NCBI GenBank assembly: GCA_964364765.1
Contig: CAYINK010000001.1
Span: 1-27,421 of the forward strand
Source: an uncultured Gammaproteobacteria bacterium
Lineage (GTDB): Bacteria; Patescibacteriota; Microgenomatia; UBA1406; GWC2-37-13
DNA length: 27,421 nucleotides
Direction: 5' to 3'
Shown: in pieces, positions 1 through 8,647 of the stretch
How positions within the stretch are numbered: the first letter of the stretch is position 1
Layout: every line of letters starts with the position of its first letter
Translations under genes and position numbers: made by a program
The notes under the pieces: model-generated
What the model was told of the DNA's origin: nothing
Database searches by the model: none
Seen by the model: only the letters and a program-made list of their open reading frames with translations

Positions 1-1025
1 TCTTTATCAAGAAGAGAAAGCCCGTAGATTGCCGCATCGGCAAAGTGTGTAGGTTTAACCACTTCAATTTTAAGTTCCTCGCTGAAGAATTTTTCCAAAC
101 CTTCAATTGAGGCAAGTCTGCCGGTCAAATACATACCCGAATCAAAGATTTCATCCACCACCTCGGGGGGCGAAACTTCTATTAACTCTTTAACCGCATC
201 CACAATTTGAATAAAATTATTTAAAAGCGCCTCACGTATATCGTCGGTCCGAATCTTCACCGATTTGGGGAGTCCATTTTCGAGTGACTTTCCCCGCACC
301 AGACTCACTTTTTCTTGCCCGGTAAAATTAAAACACTCAACCTTCAACCGTTCACAGGTTGCCTCACCCAACATCACCCCATGTTTCAAATAAATATAAT
401 TTGCAATGAGTTTGTCCATATGTTCACCCGCATTTTTCAGCGTTTTGTTAGTCACAATCCCGCCGCCGCTTACGATACTGATTTCTATGAGTCCGCCTCC
501 CATATCCAAAATCAAATTGGGTTTGTGAGAAAAGACATTAAATCCGCACCCTGCCGCAACTGCCAAAGGTTTTTTTATGAGGGTTACGGAGGAGCACTGT
601 GCTTTTAGTATGACTTCTTCAACCGCCTTCTGTTCTATCTCGGTTGCGATGATGGGGAAAACCGCAAGAGCCTCAAGGGGAGGAGCCAAAAAAGAAAATT
701 GAGCAGTGTAGGGTGAAATAGATTTTTCAATAAACCTTTTGGTAAGGGCAGTCTCCGCGTCAAAGTCAGAAACAATGCCGTTCACGATGGGTCTCACAAT
801 TTTTAAAAACTCGGGTGTTTTTCCTAAAATGTTTTTAGCCTCACTTCCAAAAAAAATATAATCTTTTGATTGAGAATTATAGGCTAAGAACGAGGGCTCC
901 TTCAGCACAACACCCTTATCCTTTACCGCGATCCGGGTGGTGGATGTTCCTAGATCAAAATATACTTTAAAATTGGTGATAAAAGGAATAGGGATATTTC
1001 TCAACCAATCTAATATCTGAAGCAT
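1..1025 (-). CDS. mreB: MreB-like actin-family protein (rod shape-determining protein homolog); 3' end runs off the window
   Basis: Not in the ORF track; translated by hand from ATG at 1025: MLQILDWLRNIPIPFITNFKVYFDLGTSTTRIAVKDKGVVLKEPS...RPIVNGIVSDFDAE...ATEIEQKAV...LILDMGGGLIEISIVSGGGIV...GEHMDKLI...GEATCERLK...VRGKSLENGLPKSV...SPPEVVDEI...GMYLTG. Open for 341 codons to position 1. MreB motifs are present but several are degenerate. Confidence 0.9.
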   Translation of the reverse strand, partial: MLQILDWLRNIPIPFITNFKVYFDLGTSTTRIAVKDKGVVLKEPSFLAYNSQSKDYIFFGSEAKNILGKTPEFLKIVRPIVNGIVSDFDAETALTKRFIEKSISPYTAQFSFLAPPLEALAVFPIIATEIEQKAVEEVILKAQCSSVTLIKKPLAVAAGCGFNVFSHKPNLILDMGGGLIEISIVSGGGIVTNKTLKNAGEHMDKLIANYIYLKHGVMLGEATCERLKVECFNFTGQEKVSLVRGKSLENGLPKSVKIRTDDIREALLNNFIQIVDAVKELIEVSPPEVVDEIFDSGMYLTGRLASIEGLEKFFSEELKIEVVKPTHFADAAIYGLSLLDK

Positions 1026-1035
1026 ATATGATATC

Positions 1036-1041
1036 ATTATA
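1036..1041 (-). promoter_or_regulatory. sigma70 -10 box (TATAAT) for the mreB-like gene
   Basis: Perfect TATAAT on the minus strand 10 nt upstream of ATG 1025, in a 29-bp divergent intergenic gap. Confidence 0.55.
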
Positions 1042-1054
1042 TACCAAATGCTCC

Positions 1055-2221
1055 ATGAGAAAATATGTAATTCTTTTTATCATATCGTGCGCCATCTTCC
1101 TCATCCATTTTCTGAAAGTTAAGCACGGCATATATGGCGATGGCAACGGTTATTATTCGTTAGCCCATACTCTTTTCTTTCAGAGAAATCTCAATTTTGC
1201 TCCCATCTATAATTCTTTATCACATTTTCAAGGTGCCTCATATGAGTTCAGTCGGGTGTTTTGGAATATTTCAAAAACGGTTACCGGAGTATTCAACAAT
1301 CCATGGCTCATCGGAACGTCGCTCTTTTGGATCCCTTCATTTTTTGTCATTTCAACTCTGAATTTTATTTTTAACTTGAAGTTAAGTATATTTTCGTCAC
1401 TCTATGAGGTAGGATGTGGGGTTACGGGAATACTTCTTGTTCTTTCCGGACTGTTTCTCCTTGAGTCCTATTTACGACATTACTTTGACAAAAGAGTTTC
1501 TTCGTATACTATCCTGAGCATCTTCTTTTCAACTCAGCTTTTTTACTATGCATCATTTGAACCCGCATTATCCCACCAAGTATCTTTTTTTCTAGTTTGC
1601 TTTTGTCTATTTCTTTCAAAACAAAAAAGTACCAAACATATTGTTGCACTTGCAATGGGAATCACCGTAGGTCTTTTAAGTATCACTCGGATGGGAGACG
1701 CCTTATTATTATTTCCCTGGATACTGATTAAATTTTTTGAGTGGATTCGTACTAATAAATATTCCTATATTCTTTTGTTTATACTAGCTTTTTGTATTTC
1801 TCTCATCCCTCAGCTACTTCTGCAATGGGGTATGTATGGAAGTATATTTAATAATCCCTATCTGCGGGGGGAAAAAGGCATTCCACATCTTTTTACTTTT
1901 TTATCGATTGTAAATCATCTTTTTTCACTCAAAGGGGGATTCCTATTGTGGTCACCTTTTATTGTATTTGGAATATTCGGGCTCATAAAAATCCGTAAAT
2001 TCCGGTTTATTCTTATCATTTTAGCTTTGTTTACTCTCCTTATTTCAAGTTGGGAGACTCAAATTCCGGCCGGTTTTGGAAATAGATTTTTTATATCAAC
2101 AATTCCACTTATTGCACCGGGAATAGCATACGTTATTAAAAAAAATGCAAGGACGGCGTTGATGTTTTCGACCCTCTGTTTTATTTGGAACTTTTTTCTT
2201 CTCGCCAGATTTTATTTTTGA
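1055..2221 (+). CDS. Integral membrane GT-C-fold glycosyltransferase-like protein (PMT/ArnT-like)
   Basis: About 10 hydrophobic segments; acidic motif after TM1 (YGDGNGYYSLAHTL); 'GFLLWSP' and 'GFGNRFFIS' resemble motifs of bacterial GT-C proteins. Start 1055 preferred to 1028, which would nearly abut the divergent mreB ATG. Confidence 0.6.
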   Translation: MRKYVILFIISCAIFLIHFLKVKHGIYGDGNGYYSLAHTLFFQRNLNFAPIYNSLSHFQGASYEFSRVFWNISKTVTGVFNNPWLIGTSLFWIPSFFVISTLNFIFNLKLSIFSSLYEVGCGVTGILLVLSGLFLLESYLRHYFDKRVSSYTILSIFFSTQLFYYASFEPALSHQVSFFLVCFCLFLSKQKSTKHIVALAMGITVGLLSITRMGDALLLFPWILIKFFEWIRTNKYSYILLFILAFCISLIPQLLLQWGMYGSIFNNPYLRGEKGIPHLFTFLSIVNHLFSLKGGFLLWSPFIVFGIFGLIKIRKFRFILIILALFTLLISSWETQIPAGFGNRFFISTIPLIAPGIAYVIKKNARTALMFSTLCFIWNFFLLARFYF

Positions 2222-2232
2222 TAGAATGAGAC

Positions 2233-4365
2233 ATGTTTAAAATACAAAAATATCTCTATTACCTTCTCTTCCTGATAACCCCCTTCATTATGTATTCCGG
2301 AACGAGTGAACTCTTTGAGTTTAATAAGATGATATACATCTATCTGATCACGTCAAGCATTCTCTGTGTATGGATTTTGCGGATGATCTCACAAGGAAAA
2401 TTCCTCTTTAAAAGAACCCCCTTTGACATACCCATTGCTCTTTTTTTCTTGTCTCAAGTGTTTTCTACGGTCTTTTCAATCGACACGCATACCTCGATCT
2501 TTGGTTACTATGGCAGATTTAACGGAGGATTACTCTCGCTCATTTCCTACTTGATCTTATTCTATAGTTTTATCGAACTTTTTGACAATAAAAAAGAAGA
2601 ATTGGCTCAGTGCATCAAGGATATTTTGAAAATTTCAATCGTCTCATCCACTCTTGTTATATTGTGGGGCTTACCGGGAAGGATTGGATATGATCTTTCG
2701 TGTTTAGTATTTTCTGGAAAGTTAAACAACGCCTGTTGGACCGCTCAATTTGATCCGGCGGCGCGTATGTTTTCAACACTGGGACAGCCCAACTGGCTTG
2801 GCGCTTATCTGGCGATAACTTTTTTTGTCATACTTAATTATTTTTTTGAAGCTTCGGATAGAAAAGAAATACAAAGCCATTATCTGTCCTACTTCGGTCT
2901 TGTATTTTTAACACTTACAGCTATTTTCTTCACCAATTCCCGTTCGACTATTGCCTCTGTCATCGCGTCTATAGGGTTTGTATTTTTATGGATACTTGTC
3001 AAAAGAGAAAACCTTCAACTGCCATTTCTCAAGAAGAAATTGGTTCTTCTTCTAGCAGGGCTTGTATTCTGTGTTGTTGTTTTCAAAACGGGCATCAATC
3101 AAATTGACAAGTATCTATCATTACCACAACCTAAAGCACCTGTTGTGGTACAGACGAAGACGCAGACCCCGCCATCCGCATTCAAAGTTTCAGAGTCAAT
3201 TGACATCCGCAAGATTGTGTGGAAAGGAGCAGTGAATCTGGGTCTTCAGTATCCTCTTTTTGGCACCGGGGTCGAAACATTTGCCTACTCATATTACTTT
3301 GTAAGGCCTGGCGAACACAACCTCACTTCAGAATGGGATTATCTCTATAACAAAGCACACAATGAGTACTTAAACTTTTTTGCCACAACCGGTGTCTTCG
3401 GACTCGCAACCTATCTTCTCTATCTTGGTGCCGTTATTACACTCGGATTGTATTGGAGTTATAAATCCGCTTCATTATTACAATTAAGTTTATTGGTTGC
3501 ATGGATAACCATCCTCATCAGTAATTTTTTTGGATTTTCAACAACCACCATCAACCTCTATTTTTACCTCATTCCGGCTTTGTTATATGGTCTTGAGTTA
3601 TTGAAAGATAACAAAATTCAATCAAAAAAAGTACTGTCAAAGGCAGAATCGAATAACACAATAGCCTACCTAGCTGTTGGTCTTTTCTATGTGTTTCTTC
3701 TTCAATTTTTCATTACGTATTGGTGGGCGGATACCAAATATGCTCAAAGTGAAATATACGCAAAAACCAACGACTACCAAACCGCATATACCCTTTTAAA
3801 TCGAGCTATTCAGCTTCATGGGGATCATGTATACAATGATAAGCTATCATTTGATCTTGCAAATCTGGCACTTATTGCCTCATATCAGAAAGATGCAAAA
3901 TTATCAGAGGAACTTATCAAAACCTCAAATAATTATAATGAGCTAGCCCTCAAGGAATCCCCACAAAATATTTTGTACTGGAAAACACGAATAAAAAATC
4001 TATATCTCTTTTATCAGATTTCGCTAAATAAAAAATATTTGACGGCCGGCATTGAAGCCCTTTCTGAGGCGCAAAAGATATCACCTACCGATCCAAAGCT
4101 CCCCTACTTTTCAGCCACTTACTACTCTCTTATCTTTGATGAGGAAAGGGACCTTGCTAAAAAAGGAGAATTACAAAAGAAATCTCTTGAAGCAATTGAC
4201 CTTTCTCTTAAATTGAAAAGTGATTACTATGAAAGTTATTACTTAAAGGCTCAACTTCTCAAGAAATACAAGATGAAGAAACAGGCAAGAGAAGTATATG
4301 AGTTTATTCTAAAAAATGTAAGTCCCAATAACAAACAAGTACAGGATGAATTAAAAAGTCTTTAA
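2233..4365 (+). CDS. O-antigen ligase family (Wzy_C; PglL/TfpO-like oligosaccharyltransferase) protein with C-terminal TPR-like region
   Basis: Motifs RMFSTLGQPNWLGAYL, FTNSRS, IRKIVWKGAV...PLFGTGVETF, YNKAHNEYLNFFATTGVFG; multi-TM N-terminus; helical TPR-like tail (AYTLLNRAIQL, ALSEAQKISPTDP, SLKLKSDYYESYY). Confidence 0.85.
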   Translation: MFKIQKYLYYLLFLITPFIMYSGTSELFEFNKMIYIYLITSSILCVWILRMISQGKFLFKRTPFDIPIALFFLSQVFSTVFSIDTHTSIFGYYGRFNGGLLSLISYLILFYSFIELFDNKKEELAQCIKDILKISIVSSTLVILWGLPGRIGYDLSCLVFSGKLNNACWTAQFDPAARMFSTLGQPNWLGAYLAITFFVILNYFFEASDRKEIQSHYLSYFGLVFLTLTAIFFTNSRSTIASVIASIGFVFLWILVKRENLQLPFLKKKLVLLLAGLVFCVVVFKTGINQIDKYLSLPQPKAPVVVQTKTQTPPSAFKVSESIDIRKIVWKGAVNLGLQYPLFGTGVETFAYSYYFVRPGEHNLTSEWDYLYNKAHNEYLNFFATTGVFGLATYLLYLGAVITLGLYWSYKSASLLQLSLLVAWITILISNFFGFSTTTINLYFYLIPALLYGLELLKDNKIQSKKVLSKAESNNTIAYLAVGLFYVFLLQFFITYWWADTKYAQSEIYAKTNDYQTAYTLLNRAIQLHGDHVYNDKLSFDLANLALIASYQKDAKLSEELIKTSNNYNELALKESPQNILYWKTRIKNLYLFYQISLNKKYLTAGIEALSEAQKISPTDPKLPYFSATYYSLIFDEERDLAKKGELQKKSLEAIDLSLKLKSDYYESYYLKAQLLKKYKMKKQAREVYEFILKNVSPNNKQVQDELKSL

Positions 4366-4369
4366 AACA

Positions 4370-4894
4370 TTAAGGAATGGTGGGCATAGGAGTGATGGGG
4401 GTTGCGTTTGAGCTACTCATGATGAATTTACATACACCGCATGCACCACAGGTTGGAGCTGAGCCACAAGGAGTTGGCTCTGGTCCCTGACAGTATCCTC
4501 CGTTACTCACACCAGGTCCTTTGTCGTTTTTGTCATTTTCAATACACGAAAGCAGGTAATAATATTGATTACTTGAATCTACGATGTAAGTATATGAATA
4601 TGATGAATTTGGATCGTCCGGTGTCCGCACCATATATGTTTTGTCTCCAGTTAAACACGAAGTGCTACTGCAAAAACGGGATCCAAAAGGGGGTGCGCCA
4701 GTTGGGTATGCGTTATTATCTTCATAATACGTCTCCAAGGCCCTCTGAATCTGTGCGAGATCATTCTTACGCTTCGCATCTCTCCCCTTTTGGAGGGAGG
4801 TAATGTAGTTACCAGAAATTAAAGCGGTGAGGAAGCCTAAGATGATGATAATAATGAGAAGTTCAATCAGTGTAAAACCGCGCTCTTTCTTCAT
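4370..4894 (-). CDS. Type IV pilin / PulG-like pilin (orphan, Cys-rich)
   Basis: Class III signal MKKERG|FTLIELLIIIIILG; RDAKRKNDLAQIQRALETYY...YP helix; 8 Cys. Confidence 0.92.
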   Translation of the reverse strand: MKKERGFTLIELLIIIIILGFLTALISGNYITSLQKGRDAKRKNDLAQIQRALETYYEDNNAYPTGAPPFGSRFCSSTSCLTGDKTYMVRTPDDPNSSYSYTYIVDSSNQYYYLLSCIENDKNDKGPGVSNGGYCQGPEPTPCGSAPTCGACGVCKFIMSSSNATPITPMPTIP

Positions 4895-4900
4895 TCTATT

Positions 4901-4906
4901 ATTTTA
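4901..4906 (-). promoter_or_regulatory. -10 box (TAAAAT) for the orphan pilin
   Basis: TAAAAT 6 nt upstream of ATG 4894. Confidence 0.5.
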
Positions 4907-4920
4907 AATCATAATGTCTT

Positions 4921-4952
4921 ATAATGCAAAGTACAATAATGCAAAGTACTTT
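4921..4952. repeat. 14-bp direct repeat ATAATGCAAAGTAC x2 with overlapping 10-bp palindrome AAAGTACTTT
   Basis: Copies at 4921-4934 and 4936-4949; palindrome at 4943-4952. Confidence 0.8.
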
Positions 4953-4953
4953 T

Positions 4954-5865
4954 ATGATGAAACAAAATACGAATAATGCAAGTCTACCAGTCACTTTTGA
5001 GATTGGAATTATGTGTCATAATGAAGCGCAAAACATAGGGAATCTATTAACTTCTCTTGTCAATCAAACTAGTTGGAAAATGGTAAAAAAAGTAATAGTA
5101 ATATCGAGCGGTTCAACTGACGGAACCGATACAATAGTCAAATCTCACACGAGAAAGAACCCAAAAATTGTCCTCATCAAAGAAAAAAGAAGATTAGGAA
5201 AGGCTCATGCCGTAAATAGATTTCTTGCCATAACAAAAGAAGAAGTAGTGGTGCTCATGGGAGGGGATGTCATTCCTAAGAAAACGACACTGGAGTTCAT
5301 GATAAAACATTTTGATGATAAAGAGGTAGGAATAGTTGGCGCTCATCCTGTCCCACTTAACGATAGGAATACTTTCATTGGATTTGCCGCCCATCTTCTT
5401 TGGAATCTTCATCATCAAATCTCCCTTACTCATCCAAAAATGGGTGAAATGATAGCATTTAGGCGAGTTTTCAAAAAAATCCCTGTTTTATCTGCGGTTG
5501 ACGAGGTGAATATTGAAGCCCTGATACGTGGACAGGGGTATAAGGCAATATATGCGCCCCGCGCAGTTGTCTACAATAGGGGCCCAGAAACATTGAGAGA
5601 ATTTATCTCAAGGAGGCGTAGTAACTACTTCGGGCATTTATCAACAAAATATGAATACAGTTATTTAGTGTCGACATTAAATAATGCACGTGTATTTTAT
5701 TTGATAATCAAAAATTTAAAGTTTAGGCCGACCTATATGATGTTTCTGGGCGGTTCGATACTACTTGAAATCATAAGTCGGATTCTTGGATATGTTGATT
5801 ATAGATTCAAACGGAAGGACCATACGATATGGGACATAGCGAAGACAACAAAAAAACTAAAATAA
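4954..5865 (+). CDS. Glycosyltransferase family 2 (CesA/IcaA-like GT-A with C-terminal membrane segment)
   Basis: IGIMCHNEAQNI, ISSGSTDGT, RLGKAHAVN, MGGDVIP, VDE, PETLREFISRRR. Start uncertain (4924/4939/4954/4957). Confidence 0.85.
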   Translation: MMKQNTNNASLPVTFEIGIMCHNEAQNIGNLLTSLVNQTSWKMVKKVIVISSGSTDGTDTIVKSHTRKNPKIVLIKEKRRLGKAHAVNRFLAITKEEVVVLMGGDVIPKKTTLEFMIKHFDDKEVGIVGAHPVPLNDRNTFIGFAAHLLWNLHHQISLTHPKMGEMIAFRRVFKKIPVLSAVDEVNIEALIRGQGYKAIYAPRAVVYNRGPETLREFISRRRSNYFGHLSTKYEYSYLVSTLNNARVFYLIIKNLKFRPTYMMFLGGSILLEIISRILGYVDYRFKRKDHTIWDIAKTTKKLK

Positions 5866-6557
5866 TACCCGACTTAGAAAGAATTATCCCCGATGATCTT
5901 ATTGCGTACTCGGGGAGGTTGTTTAAAGAGCACATCGATAGATATAATTTTGCGGTGCCGTACGTTCATAATAAAATGGTCGCAGATGTTGCGTGTGGAA
6001 GTGGGTATGGATCTCATCTCCTTGCAAGTAAAGGAGCAAAAAAAGTTATGGGGATTGATTGTGATAAAAAAACAATACAATATGCAAAAAAAAGATATTC
6101 GAGATATAACGTAGCTTATAAAGTTGGAGACGCAAATAATTTATCCCATACTTCAGTATCCATTGACGCAATTGTTTCGTTTGAAACCATTGAACACATT
6201 AAAAAACCATCGGAATTTTTAAGCGAAGCGAAAAGAGTCCTTAAAAAGTCCGGCATACTCATTATCTCAACTCCGAATAAAAAATATTCAATTGGTGATA
6301 ACCCGTTTCATTTTAGAGAGTATGATTTAAGGGGATTTAACCAAGCGCTTAGCAGATATTTTCGGAAAATAACATATTATGGGCAAAGGCCTGTATTCCA
6401 CCTGATTATGCCCTTGTACCGCCTCCTATCTCAAGTCCTACCTTCGATGTTACTTCCTCTTTTGCACATGAGACCGTGGGAAAGATTGGATATCAGGAAA
6501 CTTGACAACATGCACGATGATGGTTATGTCTATTTCATCGCAATATGCAAAAAATAA
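5829..6557 (+). CDS. Class I SAM-dependent methyltransferase
   Basis: ERIIP...HIDRYNFA, VADVACGSGYGS (motif I), IDCD, GDANNL, DAIVSFETIEHI, LKKSGILIISTPN. Confidence 0.9.
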   Translation: MGHSEDNKKTKIIPDLERIIPDDLIAYSGRLFKEHIDRYNFAVPYVHNKMVADVACGSGYGSHLLASKGAKKVMGIDCDKKTIQYAKKRYSRYNVAYKVGDANNLSHTSVSIDAIVSFETIEHIKKPSEFLSEAKRVLKKSGILIISTPNKKYSIGDNPFHFREYDLRGFNQALSRYFRKITYYGQRPVFHLIMPLYRLLSQVLPSMLLPLLHMRPWERLDIRKLDNMHDDGYVYFIAICKK

Positions 6558-7426
6558 AGGAACCAATGGTAGGCATCGTAATCCTTACTCGAAACCGTAT
6601 TGGTGACGTGAAGGAATGTGTGAAATCACTGCAAAGAAATACCTATAAAAATAAAAAAATAATTGTCATTGATGACGCCATAAATGGAGGATATGCGAAA
6701 GGAAATAATTCTGGCATTAGCCGCTTACTTAGACAAAAATGTGCATATATTTTGCTGATAAATGACGATACCGTTTCCAACCCAAATCTTATTTCAAAAC
6801 TGGTCAGATCATTCAATACAGACCCTTCAATCGGGATCGTTGGGCCAACCATAGCGTATTTTAATAAACCCAACATTGTTTGGTATGCGGGCGGAAACTT
6901 GAACCGGTTATTTTGTTTCACCACTCATCCGAACATGAATAAAAACGTGAAGTATGCCCGTACAGGTTACACTGATTTTGTCACAGGATGTTGTATGATA
7001 GTGCGGAATAGCGTGTTTGAAGATAGCGGCTTACTGGACACACGGTTTGAATATTATTTTGAAGATGCCTTTTTCTGTAAAAAAGCTTTAGAAAAAGGGT
7101 ACAAATCATTTGTCATAAAAGATGTTCTCGTAAGACACCGGGTATCCTCAACACTTGGAAATGCAGGAACGAATAGCATGACTCCTCTTAGAGCTTACTA
7201 CTTTGCACGAAACCCTTTCATCATTATAAGAGATGAAAAATCTTTACTTTTAAAATGCACACAGCTTTTGGGGCAATTATTTTTGAGACTCCCCTACCAT
7301 ATGATTCATATTCTTTATTCAGGTCAGTTGCAATCAATAAATTGGTATTTAAAGGGTTTAAGCGAGGGTCTTTGGTATCTTTTGGGAGGAGGTTTGCTGA
7401 ATCATCAAAGCAAAAAAATAAAATAG
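6545..7426 (+). CDS. Glycosyltransferase family 2 (rhamnosyltransferase-like)
   Basis: VGIVILTRN, GGYAKGNNSG, LLINDDT (DXD), DFVTGCCMIV, YYFEDAFF, YYFARN. Confidence 0.88.
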   Translation: MQKIKEPMVGIVILTRNRIGDVKECVKSLQRNTYKNKKIIVIDDAINGGYAKGNNSGISRLLRQKCAYILLINDDTVSNPNLISKLVRSFNTDPSIGIVGPTIAYFNKPNIVWYAGGNLNRLFCFTTHPNMNKNVKYARTGYTDFVTGCCMIVRNSVFEDSGLLDTRFEYYFEDAFFCKKALEKGYKSFVIKDVLVRHRVSSTLGNAGTNSMTPLRAYYFARNPFIIIRDEKSLLLKCTQLLGQLFLRLPYHMIHILYSGQLQSINWYLKGLSEGLWYLLGGGLLNHQSKKIK

Positions 7427-8647
7427 AGCAACAAAATAATATTGGTTAAAAAAGCTGAGATGCATAAAGTAGCCCATGGCAAACGTCATAAGAAAAACTT
7501 TCATGACGATATTAGATTTACGTAAAAGAAATATTTTCACACTAACTGCAAAAAGAACGAGCCCCGAAATACTGTATAAATAAACAGTTTTGATGTTTGG
7601 CAAAAACTGCTTAATAAATACCTGAAAACTGAGTGCCATATCGGTGGGTGTGCTTCTTACCGCCTGCGGATAAAATACCGCTCCAAACATGGCAAAGAAA
7701 GTATTGGATAAAAAGGATGACGGACTCAGAAAAAGATAGAAGACGATTAGAAAAAAAGGAGCAAGAAAAAAAACAAACTTTCTTCTTAACAACAATCTGA
7801 TATTCTTGTCTAAAATAAAAAAAGGAAAGAGTAAGAGCAAATTTTGCTTGAAGGAAAAAAATAGCGCAAGGAAGAGAATCGATAATGTATATTTTTTCTT
7901 TTGAAAAAAGAAGTAGAAAAGAAGAAAAAAGGAAAATATAATAGGATCCAGATACATGTGTTCAAGCATGTAAAATGATCGGGGAAGAAATAAAAAAGTC
8001 GCAAGCAATATGTTGAGACGATTACCTTCAAATTTATTTTTGAATAACTTTTTCAATAGGAGTACCGAGAGGAGGTTAAAAAAAATAATTGCATACCTGG
8101 GATCATGAAACAGAATAGAAAAAGGCGAAGTGATAAGGAAACTGAAAGGAAGATAATGAAAATGATTGTCAATCTGGGAATAGGTCCGTGTAAATATGGC
8201 AGTATACGGGTTTTGAAAAGTAAGAAGTTTTTGACCCACCTGTGAAAAAACATCAAAGGTGTCAACTATGGGTTTAGGAGATCCCCATAGCGTCCACATA
8301 CCCAAAAAGAGATAGGCTATGAGTACAAGAGGTAATGTATTGAATTTATTTTTTCTTGCATAATGGTTGAAAAAAAGAAATGCGATAAAAGCAAAGAACA
8401 GCACCATCCCTATCAAAGTACTAACTTTATTTTGATATAATCCTCCATAGAAGAAACAAGCATAAAACAAAAGAGCAAAACAGACCTCAGTAGTCAAGGG
8501 GTTGCGGTCAAAATCAAGACTTTTTCCTCGTATGAGAAAAACAAAAATCAAAGTCAACAATAAAAATGAAAGGGGCGAGAAAAATCCTAAGTTTGGAGTG
8601 ATGGCGAAAAAAAATAGTATCAGTATCATGCCATATATTCCGGTCAT
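7358..8647 (-). CDS. Integral membrane GT-C glycosyltransferase-like protein (GT87/PIG-M-like)
   Basis: Multi-TM; PIVDTFDV after early TMs; NPY...FHYLPFSF...DPRY; EHMYLDP; FSFKQN. Start 8647 chosen because an extended -10 lies 7 nt upstream (alternatives 8656, 8629). Confidence 0.55.
   Translation of the reverse strand: MTGIYGMILILFFFAITPNLGFFSPLSFLLLTLIFVFLIRGKSLDFDRNPLTTEVCFALLFYACFFYGGLYQNKVSTLIGMVLFFAFIAFLFFNHYARKNKFNTLPLVLIAYLFLGMWTLWGSPKPIVDTFDVFSQVGQKLLTFQNPYTAIFTRTYSQIDNHFHYLPFSFLITSPFSILFHDPRYAIIFFNLLSVLLLKKLFKNKFEGNRLNILLATFLFLPRSFYMLEHMYLDPIIFSFFLLFYFFFQKKKYTLSILFLALFFSFKQNLLLLFPFFILDKNIRLLLRRKFVFFLAPFFLIVFYLFLSPSSFLSNTFFAMFGAVFYPQAVRSTPTDMALSFQVFIKQFLPNIKTVYLYSISGLVLFAVSVKIFLLRKSNIVMKVFLMTFAMGYFMHLSFFNQYYFVALFYFFALMIQQTSSQKIPKTLA

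Noticed and set aside
315-608. 97-aa plus-strand ORF
   Set aside because: Antisense shadow of the mreB-like gene; no recognisable motifs.
4441-4803. 120-aa plus-strand ORF
   Set aside because: Antisense shadow of the orphan pilin.
8502-8600. N-terminal extension of the yfhO ORF
   Set aside because: Lys/Asn-rich mirror of the antisense TM-coding strand; would force a 150-bp head-to-head overlap.
8627-8630. CATG giving in-frame ATGs for both divergent genes
   Set aside because: Neat but probably coincidental; the promoter-like signal favours 8647 for the minus gene.
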